Assembly (NCBI RefSeq): GCF_009834535.1
Contig: NC_045697.1
Span: 12,526,001-12,590,000 of the forward strand
Source: Camelus ferus
Taxonomy: Eukaryota
Reading direction: 5' to 3'
Length of the DNA stretch: 64,000 bases
The stretch's first letter is position 1. Every line of letters starts with the position of its first letter. This document shows positions 51,588 to 64,000 of this stretch, in pieces. The translations under genes and the position numbers were made by a program. Below the pieces are notes generated by a model. That model did no database searches, was not told the DNA's origin, and saw nothing but the letters and a program-made list of their open reading frames with translations.

Positions 51588-54500
51588 TTAACATTTAATT
51601 CTTTAGTATATTTTGAGTTAAATTTTGTATGAGATATGAGACTTAGGCTGATGTTCGTTTTTTCCCCCTATGGATGACCAGTTGTTCTGGTACTGTTTAC
51701 TGAAAAGACTACCTTCCCTCTGTTGAATTGCTTTTGCACCTTTGTCAAGTCAGTTGGACTGATTTCTGGGTGTTGTGTTGGATTGATCTATGTGTCTACA
51801 CCCTCACCCATACCACACGGTCTTGATTGCCAAAGCTACACAGTAAGCTGGGGTAGCTTGATATTGGGTAGACTGATTCCTTCCAATTTGTTCTTTTTCA
51901 AAATTATTTCAGTTATTCTATTTCCTTTGCCTTTTCATATACACTTTTGAATAATCTTATCTATATCTACAAAAAGTATTGCTTGGATTTTAGTAGGAAA
52001 TGTGTTAAATTTACATATCAATTTGAAGGAGAACTGACATATTTGTTATATTGAATATTCCAATGCGTAAACGCAGTATTTCACCCCATTTATTTAGATC
52101 TTTGATTTCTTTCATCAACATTTTGTAATTTTCAGCAAATTCTATACTTTTTTATTAGATATACATCTAAGTATTTCCTTCTTTTTGAGCAATTATAAAT
52201 GATATTGTATTTAAAATTTTGGTCTCTATACATTTATTGCTTTTGTATAGAAGTACAATCGATTTTCATAAGTTTATCTTTTATCCTGCAACCTTGCTGA
52301 ACTCATTTGTTAGTTCTAGGAGTATTTTTATAGACTCCTTAGATTTTCTACATAGGCAATCGTGTCATTGGAAATAGGGATTATTTTATTCTTCCTTTCT
52401 CATGTGTATAAATTACACTTTTTTGCTTTAATGTACAGGCTAGAACTTCCAGCACTATGTTGATTAAAGATAGTGAGAGCAAACTTCCTTGCCTTGTCCC
52501 CTAATCTTAGTGAAAAGCATTCAGTCTTTTACCATTAAGTATAATGTTTGCTGTAGCAGGTTTTCTGTAGATGTGCTTTATCAAGTTAGAGAAGTTTCCT
52601 TTTATTTTTTCTGAGAGTTTTTTGAATAAATGGGTATTGAATTTTGTCAAATGCTTTTTTCTGAATTGATTAGTGTGGCATGACTTTCTTTTACCTATTA
52701 ATATGGTAGATTAATTGATTGATTTTTCAATGTTAAACCAGCCTTGTACCCTTCAAATAAATCCCATGTGATCATTATTTTTTTTTATTGCTAAATACTA
52801 TTTGCTAATATTTTGTTAAGAATTTTTGCATCTGTATTCCTGAAGGATGCTGGTCTATAGTTTTAATTTTTGAGACACTCTGGTTTTGGTATCAGAGAAT
52901 GCTTGATACTAGCTCCATAAAACGCGAGTGTTCTTTTCTATTTTCTGTTAGAGATTGTGTAAAATTTGAGTTAATTCTTCTTTAAATGCTTGCTAATTTT
53001 TTTCAGTGAGATAATTTGGGCCTGGAGATTTGTTTTATGATAGTTTCTAAATTATGAATTTAATGTCCTTAGTATTTAGAAATATTTAATATTGGGTGAG
53101 ATGTGGTAGATTGTGTATGGGGTTTTTTTTTGGAGGACTTAGTATATTTTATTTAAGTATTAATGTCATATATGTAGAATTGTTATTGTATTCCCTTATC
53201 CTTTTGTTGTCTGAAGGATCTATCATGATATTATCTGTTTCATTTTTGATTTTGATAATTTGTGTCAACTTCCTTTTTTGCTTGATGGTCTTTGTATCAT
53301 TTATTTTCTCTTTTGCCTGTTTTTAGTGTCCTTGATTTCTACTGTTACCTTTATTGTTCTCTTCTTTCTGTTTTCTCTAGATTTATTTTGCTTTTCCTTT
53401 TCTAGGTCCTTAAGGTAAATTGCTTAGGCTATTGATTTAAGACTTTCTCTCTTTTCTAACATATGAATTTAATGCCATAAATTTCTCAGCACTAGTTTTA
53501 TGCTTCACAAATTTTAGTACACTATATTTTAATTTTTATTCTATTCAATGTATTTTTTATTTCCCTTGAGACTTCCTCTTTGATCCATGGATTATTTAGA
53601 ATCATTTTATTTAGTTTTTGAGTCTTTGAAGATTTTCATTTCTTTCATCTTTTATTGATTTTTTAATTTGATTCCATTATGGTCAGTGAACACACACTAT
53701 ATGATTTCAGTGCCTTTAAATTTATTGCCAAGATATGATCTATCTTGGTGTATGTTCTATGATCACCTGAAAATAATGTATATTCTTTTGTTGTTGGGTG
53801 GAGTGCTTTATAAATGCTGATTAGATCTTGTTAGTTGGTGGTGTTGAGTTATATATGCTTACTGATTTTCTGTAGAGTTGTTCTCTCAGTTGTTGAAAGG
53901 AGTGTTGAAGACTCCAACTATGCTTATAGATTTTTCTATTTGTCTTTGCAATTATATCAGTTTTTGCTTCACATAATTTGTAGCTATGTTGTTTGGTGCA
54001 TACACATTTAGGATTGCTATATCTTCTTGGTGTATTGACTCTTTTATCATTGTATAATGTCCCTCTCTGTTAATTTTCCTTTTTCTGAAGTTTAACTTAC
54101 ATGATATTAACATAGCAAATCCTACTCTTCTTTGATTGTTTGCTTATTTTTTGATTATTTTACTTTCAACCTCCCTATATCTTTATATTTGAATTGAATT
54201 CTTTGTACATAGTATATAGTTTGGTCATATTTTAAAATATGCCCTGTTAATCTGTCATTTTATTTTTGTATTTAGATCATTTTTGTTTACTATAATTATT
54301 GATATTTTAGATACTAAGCCTGACATTTGTTTTTATTTTTTATTTTTTCTCTCTGTTTTTGGTTTCTCTGTTTTCTTTTTCCTGGTTTCTTATAGGTTAC
54401 TTGGAACAATTTTTAGAATTTATTTTGATTTATCTATAGTGTTTTTAAATATATCTCTTTGTATAGTTTTTTAGTGGTTGATCTGAGTATTATATAGACA

Positions 54501-56185
54501 CAGTTTATCAGAGTCTACTGTTGTGATCATTTAACTAGTTTGAGTGAAGTATAGAAACCTTACCTCCCTTTATGTCCCTTCACTCTCTCCTTTATGATAT
54601 AATTGTCTTAAATAATTCCTATACATATATTTGGGACTACATTAGTGTTATATTTTTTGCCTGAAAGAACAAATATAATTTAGAAAAGTCAAAAAAAAGA
54701 GGGAAAGTCTATTGTATTTACCTATGTTTTTATTTATTATTTTTTCCCACTTTCCTTCCTACCATTCCCTTTTTCCTTTTCAATGTTCCAAGTTGTTCTT
54801 TAATAATTTTCCTTCTGTTTAGGGAATTTCTTTAACAATTTTATTAGGGTAGGTCTGCTGCCAACAAATTATCTTAATCTTTCTTAATCTGAGAATGTTT
54901 TGATTTCCCCTTTATCCTCAAAGTATATTATGCTGTATATAGGATTCTGGTTTGACAGTCTTATATTTTAGCCTTTGAAAATGCTATACCATGTCCTTCT
55001 GGCTTTCATGGTTTCTGATGAAAAATCTGTCATCATTTAAACTTCTTTCTCCTTATAAGTAAAATTTCATTTCTTTCTTGCTGCTTTCAAGTCTTTTTCT
55101 GTGTCTTTAACTTTTGGAATTTTGACTTTTATGTGTATTAGTGAGATTTATTTGAATTTGTCTTCTTTGGAATTTCCTTAGCTTCTTGAATCTGTAGGTT
55201 AGAGACATTTTCCAAATTTAGGATGTTTCAGCCATTACTTTTCCAAGTATTTTTTCAGTCCTGCTCTCTTTTTTCTCTCCTTCTTGGACTCTGGTGACAA
55301 AAGTCAGATATTTTGTCATAGTCCAAAAGGGCTGTGAGGCTCTGTTCATTTTCTTTCTCTCTACTGTTGAGATTCTATCTTCAATTTCACCGATTCTTTC
55401 CTCTGCCACTTCATTCTGCTACTGAGCTCACCCACTCAGTTTTTTTTTTTTTTAATATTGATCATTGTATTTTTTTTTTTTTGGTTTTAAAATTTTAATG
55501 TGGTTCTTCTATATATTCTATTTTTTACTGAGATTTTTTTTCATTTGTTTGAAGAATATTCATAATTGCTCATTGAAACATTTTTTTTTTTTTACCATGA
55601 CTGCTTCAAAATATTTATTAGATAATTCTAGCATCTTTGTCTTCTCAGGGTTAGCACGTATTGATTGTCTTTTTCATTCTGTTAGAGGTCTTCTTGGTTC
55701 TTGGTATAAATAGTTATTTTGGATTGAAACCTGGGCATTTTGGATATTATGTTATGAGACTCTGAATCTTATTTAAGGTCCTACTTTAGCTGATTTTATT
55801 GTATACTTATTTGGGAAGGAAAGGGCAGAGATGCTTAATTACTGTGAGGTGATGGTAGAATTCCAGGTTCCTATTGATACATCTGAAGATGAGGACTCCT
55901 AATTACTGCTGGGTGGGGTGGGAGTTCTGGTTCTTCATTAGGTCTCCACTGATGTCTTGCTGACTTGGAGGGTCTGGAGTGGCCTGTTACTAATCCCCAT
56001 GTGGTCTCTACTGACACCATGGTGAGGGTAAGTTCATAGCTAGGTTGTGATTAAAATCTTGACTGTTCACTAGGTCTCTTCAGACACCCACCCCAGTGGG
56101 AAGGGAGAGAAATGCCTTTTTACTGTGGAATGGGGATGGGAATCCAAACTTCCCACTGATACTAAAGTGGGGCTTGGGTAACCAC
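51588..56185 (-). mobile_element. Old L1M (L1MC/MD-like) running from mid-ORF2 back through ORF1 to the 5' region
   Basis: T-rich strand; ORF track 55218-55409 (MAEERIGEIEDR) is an ORF1 remnant; ORF2 landmarks such as 'tagaacttccagcactatgttg'. Confidence 0.9.
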
Positions 56186-56191
56186 CTAAGA

Positions 56192-56311
56192 GGTCCATAT
56201 GCAAAAATGAACTTTGATTCATACATACCTCACAACATAGATCAAAATTAACTCAAAATGGATCAAAGACTTAAATGTAAAAACTAAAATCATAAAATTT
56301 CTAGAAGAAAA
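56192..56311 (+). mobile_element. L1 ORF2 fragment, opposite in orientation to the adjacent L1
   Basis: 'tccatatgcaaaaatgaac...aaaattaactcaaaatggatcaaagacttaaatgtaaaa...ttctagaagaaaa'. Confidence 0.8.
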
Positions 56312-56680
56312 GTGATGTAGTTTGTTTATGGCACTTATCCCTATCTAAAGTAGCCTAATTATCTATTTGCATGCTTACTTACCTATTAATGTTTTACTTA
56401 TCATTAACTATCTCTTCCCTAGTTAAATGTACATTCCATGTATACATATCTAATAAAACATTTCAAACAGGAAGCCTTCAATAAATTTCTTAAGGTGAGT
56501 GAATGGGCCACAGATCAAAATGAGTTGTCTCCTAAAAAGCAATGGTGTGTGCAGATGTAGCAAACTGGAGCTGATGGGGGCTAAAAAAAATGGCATTCTC
56601 AGTCAAAATTTGCATTTAAATTATTTGGTCAAAACTTAGTGGCTTTAAAAAAAAACTAACTTTAATTGTGTAGAAAATCT

Positions 56681-57557
56681 TGTATGTACTATATACAGCA
56701 TAAAGTGTTATTGTGGTAACAATAATATAATTTAAAAGGATTTTTCTGACTCTAATGTATTCTAAGATTATATTCTTTTTCAAAGGCACAAGTAGCAAAC
56801 CCAGATGCTCCAATGTTGGTGGCTCTCAAATCACCCAATATTCAATTTTTAGCTTTAAAAATACAATGTCAGAAGGTTTAACACTAAATAAATTTGTCAG
56901 ATTCTTGGTTTTCTGTGGCTTTGCAATCAACTGGCTTTATTCTTGTTCTACTGTATTTAGTTTACCTCCGAGATATTATCAGTTTGACCCACCATTTACA
57001 CCATTACATTGGTGTTTGTAAGCTTGGCATGTGTTTATCTGTGTATCCTCTCTCATCAGAAAAATTTCTTCTAGTTAGCTGAGGCAGGATTTCTAACTAT
57101 ATAAGACAACAACATTGACTGGAATGCCAATAGGGGCAATGATTTTTGCAAATGAGTGCTAATTGTATAGTAATATTGTTCTACTATAGTGGGATCATGA
57201 AATATGTTTCCTCTCTCTAAACTACTGTGTTTAATTAACAGTAATTGCTTCTCTCTTTTTGGTCTCTTACTTCCCCCTCCACACCTTACATTTATTTTAA
57301 GATAAAAAGTTAGCACAATAAGATCCTTTTCTCTCATATCCCAATTCTTCTTACTGAGGCCAGGAAATGATTATGTGTACAGGAACTCAATAAGCAGAAG
57401 GGAGCCATTTTGTGATCATTTTCCTTTTGTTCTTAATGATTAATGAAACATTCCTTTGAAGAAAATGTAATCTTAGAGTATGCTAGAGTCAGAAAAAAAC
57501 CTTTTAAATTATATTATTATTACCACAGTTATACTTTATGCTATATATAGTACATAT
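56681..57557. repeat. Diverged inverted repeat: ~105-bp arms at 56681-56786 and 57453-57557, ~666-bp spacer
   Basis: The reverse complement of the left arm aligns to the right arm with shared blocks taatcttaga, tagagtcagaaaaa, ccttttaaattatattatt, ttaccaca, actttatgct, tatatagtacata; about 85-88% identity by eye. Confidence 0.9.
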
Positions 57558-59504
57558 ACATTTACTGCATTTAATACTTACACCAATTTGTACAAGAATT
57601 ACCCTCATTTTACAGAAGAGGATATAGAAGCTCAGAGGGGTTAGCCTTGCCCAAGGTTATACTGTGGATGTACATTTGAACTTTATCTCCCTAGTCCCAA
57701 ATTCCACAGTTTCACTGTACTTCACCAATCCCTACCCCTTTCCTTAAAAATATGGGGAGCAGAGACATGGATATGGAGGCTGAGTTATTCAAGGCCACAG
57801 GAATATTTCATTTATGTATTTATTTAATGAATGTTTAATAAAAACACTCTTTGCAATGGACGGTGCTAATCACTGAAATGTATGTAGGCAAAGAGGAATA
57901 AGTTATAGTCTTGTTCTCCCTGTCTAAACAGTAATTTATAATTTTACTGGGGGAGGTGAATACCTACAAAATTAGGGAAAGGAAATGAAGAAAGTGGGAG
58001 GAGTGGAGAAATTCCGGGTGTGGGCTGCATACAATAGTAACCCAACTTTCAAAATGAGAAAAGTGGGCCATTGTGTGTTCCATGATTAAATGCCTATCAC
58101 AATGGTGTCACTGTGGCAGTCTTAAAAGTCACCCCAGGTTGAGGTCAGCTAAGACTGCAGACAAAAGGGTTTATTATTGTATCTGTTCTTAGTAGCCCAG
58201 TTGGCTGTAAAAGCAAAATAGTGTAGGGGCAATTAATTCCAAGACTAGCTCCCAAACCCAGGCCGCTAACAGTCAGTTCTGCACTTTTTCCCATATGCTT
58301 CCTTGTTGCAATAAATAGGACTCAAAACATTAGTTAGCAGGCAACTCTAACCTTAATAAGAACTTGAGAAAGCCTTAGACATATTCCTCAAATCATGCCA
58401 AGGAAAATCTACAAAATTCTTCATTATTTAAAGGCATGCGAAAATACCTTTGTGGGTAGCAAAATAATAGAGGTGTTTCCTCTGGAGGGATATTGGTGAC
58501 CACACTCATCTCTACTAACGTTTGCTGAGCAAAACTGTTTTATCTTTCAGATTACAAACTATTTTATCCTAGTGGAAAGAATAAAAAAAAATAGGTATCA
58601 TAGCAAAAAAGTGTTAAGACACAATTCTGAAGGGAGATTTTTTTTTTTAAATTAGGAGTTTAATTCTATCCGTCAAACCCACTTTCCAACCTTCAGATGC
58701 TTTGCTGTATGCATGTTTCTCTGCGTTACTATACTTGATTCTGTACAAGTATTAAAACAGCTCAATTTTTAATTATTTTAAGAGCCAATTCTTTTGGCTC
58801 CAAATCTCATGCTCTACCCACTTTACCCCATTGTCTCATCTCATAACTGAGTAGGAGTTCTGCCCACTTTTCACATTCCATCTTTGTGGGTCTACTGACG
58901 CAAAAAGGTTTTTGTTGGAGCACAACTCTCTCCCAGGCTGGTTTATTTGTGGTACTATATGCTATGGCCAAAAGGCTATTTTCCAACAAAAATCGATAAA
59001 GTGTTTGAAAAGTCAACCTTATGAATAATTCCATTTTTTTTTTTTTTTTGGTGCTGATGGGGCTCATGGCATTTCTGTGCAAAGTGTCAGTGGGTGACCT
59101 TACTTCCATTTCCTGCAAATTTATCTTGTCTGCAGTATTTTGATCTGTTCAGCCTGAGTAGAAAAAAAAATCTTCATAGCAAAACACTCTCTCACACTAG
59201 AGACCGATTTGATTTCAGCTTCTTGTGAAGGTTTTTTTACCTCTGTATTGATGGAGGCCCTGTGAACTTCGTATTCCTAGTTGGTATTTATAGGCAATTT
59301 TACAGTCCATAGTTAGCATGAAAAGTAGGTGATCTAGAGAAAATATTTAAAAAAAATTTTTGAAGTTAATGCTTCTGTAACATTATAAGATTTATAACAG
59401 AAGAAAATATTTACAGAGATTTAATCAAGAGGCAACACTGGAAGGTTTAGGGTAACTGGCAACCAAACATGTGTTCAGGTTTCCAGGCAGAGTCACTTGA
59501 AGGT

Positions 59505-59700
59505 TGGCCTGGAAAAGATTAGTGAAATTTGGGTCCCAGCTCTGCCATATACCAGCTGTGTGACCTTGAGCAAATCACTTCATCTCTCTGTGCCAAGGGA
59601 AAATTTGAGCTATAAGCACAATCTCGTGGGTAGCTGAGTGATTCAATGAGATGATAAATGTGAGAATGCCTAGCTGACTATAAACTGCTTTGAAAATAAA
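59505..59700 (+). mobile_element. MIR SINE
   Basis: 'gtcccagctctgccatataccagctgtgtgaccttgagcaaatcacttcatctctctgtgcc'. Confidence 0.8.
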
Positions 59701-60837
59701 TAAGGCAAGATTAATAATAAATTTAAATATAAGTATACTGGATGTATCCATATGAGACCCGAATAGAAGAGGTTAAGCATGCTAATAATGATGGTAGCTT
59801 CATCAGAGTAATAATATTGGAGTTGGATGTTATGGAGGAAATAATAAAATGTGTCCTTTTGTTTTATTACTATTCCTTGTCAAATGAATCCTTTAAAAAG
59901 TGACATTTTCTTTTGTATGTGAATGACTTTATTTCTCTCCTGACTCAAACCTTGATTGTTCCTAAAGATGTGGCAGGGTGAAGACAAGCATGATTCTGAG
60001 GCCTGAAGCAGAGGCAGGAAGAGGGGGAGAGTCGAGAGCAGGTGATGGGGAAGAGACAGTGGACCCAGGCCCCAGTGTTTTCATTATACCCAAGCAAACA
60101 TAACTGACATCTCTCAAATGAACTTAAACATTAACAGAAAAGACAGGTGTTTCAATTTGATAAGCAGTAGAACAGGTAAGTTAATTATTAACCTGAAAAG
60201 CCTTTTAATATTCTGAGCCATACCAACCCCCAGCAGTTAATTTATAGGCAACTTTACTGCCCCCTCATTGCAGTAATAATTAAAAAATACATATAACGTT
60301 GTAATTTTCAAAGCACTTTCACATGCTTACCTCACTTGTTTTTCACAACAGCACTGTAAGGTGGGCAAGGGGAGCAGGAAGTGGGCAGAGACTTGCCTGA
60401 AGTCACGTAGACGACAGATATCCTATTGGTGTTCCTGAAGAAAAATGGTGTAATGGATTTCTTGATCCAAGAAGGGTATAAGGATAGCATATACCTAAAT
60501 ATTTTTACTTGGCCTTACTTTGTTTTCAAAGAAGTTGAAGTTCTAAGTTATAAAAATCATCACAGAAACAGCAGTGAAATTTTACAAACACAGTAAATTG
60601 AGAACTCAGAAAGTTTTATTACCAAATCCATTGACCTAGAATCTCAATTATAAATGGATTTACTGAAATTGCTGTGGCAGATATTTGCTTCCTCCAAATG
60701 AATCTTTCTTTCCTGCTTATTCTGAATCCAGCTTAATTCAGCAGTTCAAACATACTTACTGAACATCCGCTGTATGTGAGGGAACACAGCAGGTTTTGTG
60801 GATTCATGATTGACTAGGTTTTGAGAGAAGACTCTAC

Positions 60838-61047
60838 ATCAGTGCTAACACAACTTTTTACGATGACGGCAATCTGTTTATCTCTAGATCTGTGCTATCC
60901 AGCATGGTGGCCAGTAGATGCATGAGCCACTGAGTGCTTGACAGCTATAGTCAGGAGTAAGGAACTGAATTTTACATTTTTAAAAAATTTTAATTTATTT
61001 AAATTTAGATTAAATAGCCACATGTGTCGTATTGAGCACTGTAGCTC
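60838..61047. mobile_element. MER3-type hAT-Charlie relic
   Basis: 'ctgtgctatccagcatggtggcca...actgagtgcttga...ggaactgaatttt...aaatagccacatgtg'. Confidence 0.75.
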
Positions 61048-61211
61048 TAGATCAAACTCATAAAGACTGCCCTGGTGATGTTTTCTATGGAGAGCCTTTG
61101 GGGAAATTTCATTTTTAGATACATTTTATATGGCGCTGAGGGCATTGAAAAACCTTTTTCCCCACCTTTTTCTCCAACATACGTATCTTTGTTTTTACTG
61201 TGTTATTGCAG

Positions 61212-61279
61212 TTCTCCTCCTCCTCACCCTCACCCCACCCCCTCCCCTCTCCTCCTCCACCTCTTCCTTCTTCTTCTTC
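61212..61279 (+). repeat. Low-complexity C/T-rich tract
   Basis: Directly visible (cct/ctt-rich, nearly all pyrimidine). Confidence 0.9.
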
Positions 61280-62332
61280 GCATCTGGTTTGAATGTCTGC
61301 TGATCTGGTTTGGCACTGTGACCACAGCTGTCTGCTCTGCTCTCTCCTCGTTAATTACCTGGGTTCAGAGCTTGGGGGTGGCTCCTTTGCACTTCTTGGG
61401 AACTTTGTAAAGAAAGATTCTATTGAAATCTATCTTTTAACAGAATTTCATTGTTTACTTGATACCTCTTCTCCTTCTTTCGGTAATGGTTAATCACGTG
61501 ATTTTATCAGTCTTTTTCTGATTCCCTTGTAAGCATCCTCCCTTTCTAGCATGAGGACACAATGGCTGTTACAACAATAAAATCCATAATCTTAGCTTTG
61601 GCCCCCTTGGTTTTGCATAGTTTGCTGTGTGACTAGGGGAATCTGACACTTAGCTTTTGTTTTTCTGTTTTTTTATCTAGGTGACCTTGGTCCAATTGCA
61701 TAATCTTCATGGGCCTCAATTTCCTTACCTGTGCAATGGGATAGGCAAACAAGGGCATCTTCACAGGATTGTTATGGGGGGTGAAGGGCCATACCTGGCC
61801 TGAAGGGCCCTCAGTGAATGTTTCCTTTTATCTTCCTTCCTCTGTTTAGCATACCTCTTCAACTAGGAAGAAGATCATTTAATTAGTGAGACTCCAAATA
61901 CTCATAACTCCTCTGAAATGTGTTTTTGTCAGAGTAAATTGAGGGCTTACCCTGTTTCACATAGAGGCATTTGTGTTTGAAATTAGGACTGTATTTTGGC
62001 TGGTGCATCTCAACTCTTAGAAAATGGTTGTATTTACCAGGGATGTGGGGCTTCCCAGAGGTTAGTGGTGCTTTAATATTAGGAGATGTTAATGTTTTGT
62101 GAGGTCAAAGCAGCAAAAGGTGGGTATCTCTGTCTTATCCCTTAGTTTTTAGGGAACTGAACAAAACACTGAAGCTACTTCTTGAATTCTTAGACAGATG
62201 TTTCATGCCAAAACAAGATGTCATTTATTTGAATACACTCTTACCCCACTTAGAGATGTAGGCTTATAATGCTTAAATCTCCATCAAAAAGGGAGAATGA
62301 ATTTACATATTAAATGTAGAGAGAATATAATA

Positions 62333-62982
62333 CAGCAGTTCCCTCTTATCCGTGGGAATACATTTCTAAAACCCCCAGTGGATGCCTGAAGCCACAAACA
62401 GTACTAAGCCATATATATACTATGTTTTTTCCTATACATACGTACCTAAGATAATGTTGAATTTATGTATTTGGCACAGTAAGAGATTAACAACAATTAC
62501 TACTAATAAAATAGAACAATAAACTAATAAAACATACGTGAATGTGGTCTCTCTGTGTCAAAAGATCTTACTGTACTCTACTCACACTTTTCTTCTTGCA
62601 GTGACATGAAGTGATGCAATACCTAAGTGATGAGATGAAGTGAGGTGCAAGATACAGGCACTGTGACCCAGCATTAGGCTACCACTGAGCTTCTGACACA
62701 GGGTCAGAAGAACGATCAACTGCTTTGGGTGACTCTGAGTCATCCAAAAATGATGATGCTGATGGTCGGATGTAAGGAGCAGATAATGTTAATGGTTGGG
62801 GATCCCAGGCTGGATGGAGCTGGATGGCTCAAGATTTTCATCCGTGCAACTCAGAATGGCACCCAATATAAAACTTACGAATTATTTATTTTTGGAATTT
62901 TCCATATAATATTTTTGGACCATGGTTGATTGCCGATGACTATAATGACCAAAAGCAAAACCACAGATAAGGGGGACTACTG
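62333..62982. mobile_element. MER44 (Tigger7-derived) DNA transposon with TA target-site duplication
   Basis: TIRs cagcagttccctcttatccgtgg / ccacagataagggggactactg, with TA on both sides. Confidence 0.9.
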
Positions 62983-63224
62983 TAATTTAGTATTGGTGGA
63001 AAGAGCTTTATCAGAAATCAGGAGTCAAGTAAGCCTTGGTTTCTGCCACAAAACTAGCTCTGCAGCTTGGGGCATATGGGTCATGGAGCTGCTCTGGGCT
63101 TCAGGTTTCTGTCCTGACTGACATTTTAGGTTTAAATGATTCTTCAGGGGTTAAATTTCCATGTATATTTGTATAGCACTTTTTAGAGATTTATTTTCGA
63201 TAATGTTAGCGATTTCCCATATGT

Positions 63225-63574
63225 ATTTTCTCTACCTGGATCCTCTTCCCCTAGATATCCACAAAGGTTACCGCTTCACCTCCTTCAAGACTTTGTTGAC
63301 GTCACCTTAGTGAGTTCTCTCCTGAGCCCTCTTTGAAAACTGCAGCTCCACCTCTTTCGTCACTCACCACTTCCCTTCCCTGCTTGTGTTTCTTCATGAC
63401 ACTTACCTGCCTTACAGTATACTTCACAATTTTCTTATTTACTATGTTTATGGTCTGTCTCTCCAGCCTAGAGTGTTAACTTCAAGATGGCAGACACTTT
63501 TGACGTTTTGGTTTCCACCTGCAATAAATCAGATACATAGCAGGGACTTACTATTTGTCGAGTGAATGAATGAA
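63225..63574 (+). mobile_element. L2a LINE 3' end
   Basis: 'ttccctagatatccaca...cacctccttcaag...gtctgtctctcc...gagtgaatgaatgaa' tail. Confidence 0.85.
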
Positions 63575-64000
63575 ACAGTATATTCTCTCCTTGGGTTCTC
63601 AGATAATCTATGATAATGCTATAATTATAAATTTAAATTATAAATCTAATTTGTCGGTTTGAGTGTTTGAGTACTTATTTACAGTTCAGAAAAAAGGTAT
63701 ATGAGGGAAACCAAAAGGCACGGGTTCTGTTCCTGGTTTTGCTCTCAATCCTCTGTAGAGGTTTACCAGAAATTATTTAATAAATTCCCTACTTTAGAGC
63801 ATTTTGATTGTCTACAAATTTCAAGGTTACCTTAGTTCTTAAGGGTGTGTTTTAACTCTGTGGAAATCCTTGAAGGCAGTGATCTTGTCCTGTTTATTCT
63901 TTTTATCCAGTGTAGTAAATATTAAAGTACCTTTTTGACAGATGAGAAGACTGAAGCTCTGAGGAATTAAGGAATTTGCCAGTAGCTCATACAGTTGGAA

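Noticed and set aside
1..64000. Short ORFs (60-151 aa) in the ORF track as genes
   Set aside because: Most lie in decayed repeats or are low-complexity antisense L1 translations; none resembles a known cellular protein. Only the L1 ORF1/ORF2 remnants are recognisable
1..64000. CRISPR arrays, operons or other prokaryotic systems
   Set aside because: The sequence is clearly mammalian; no regularly spaced repeat-spacer array or dense coding regions

Overview
AT-rich mammalian non-coding DNA (a large intron or intergenic region) dominated by transposon relics: L1 of several ages, L2, MIR, CR1/L3, MaLR/ERV solo LTRs and DNA-transposon MITEs. A tRNA-derived SINE of the camelid (Vic-1-like) type, together with the absence of recognisable Alu, B1, SINEC, Bov-tA or PRE1 elements, suggests a camelid genome (inference from recalled consensus sequences). 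No protein-coding gene can be identified; the ORF track is chance ORFs plus decayed L1 ORF2 pieces. The most striking structure is a near-perfect inverted repeat built from old sequence: 618-bp arms at 860-1477 and 1923-2540, 3 mismatches, a 445-bp spacer and diverged edges. Other observations are a second, older ~105-bp inverted repeat (56681-56786 / 57453-57557), a recognisable AmnSINE1 relic (~18290-18595), a MEIS/PBX-HOX motif cluster (~28870-29035), two L1 insertions with twin-priming geometry, a 3'-deleted L1 that keeps its 5' end, and a few unproven small exon candidates, including a 20-nt microexon. Repeat family names were assigned by eye from remembered consensus sequences and need RepeatMasker/Dfam confirmation.
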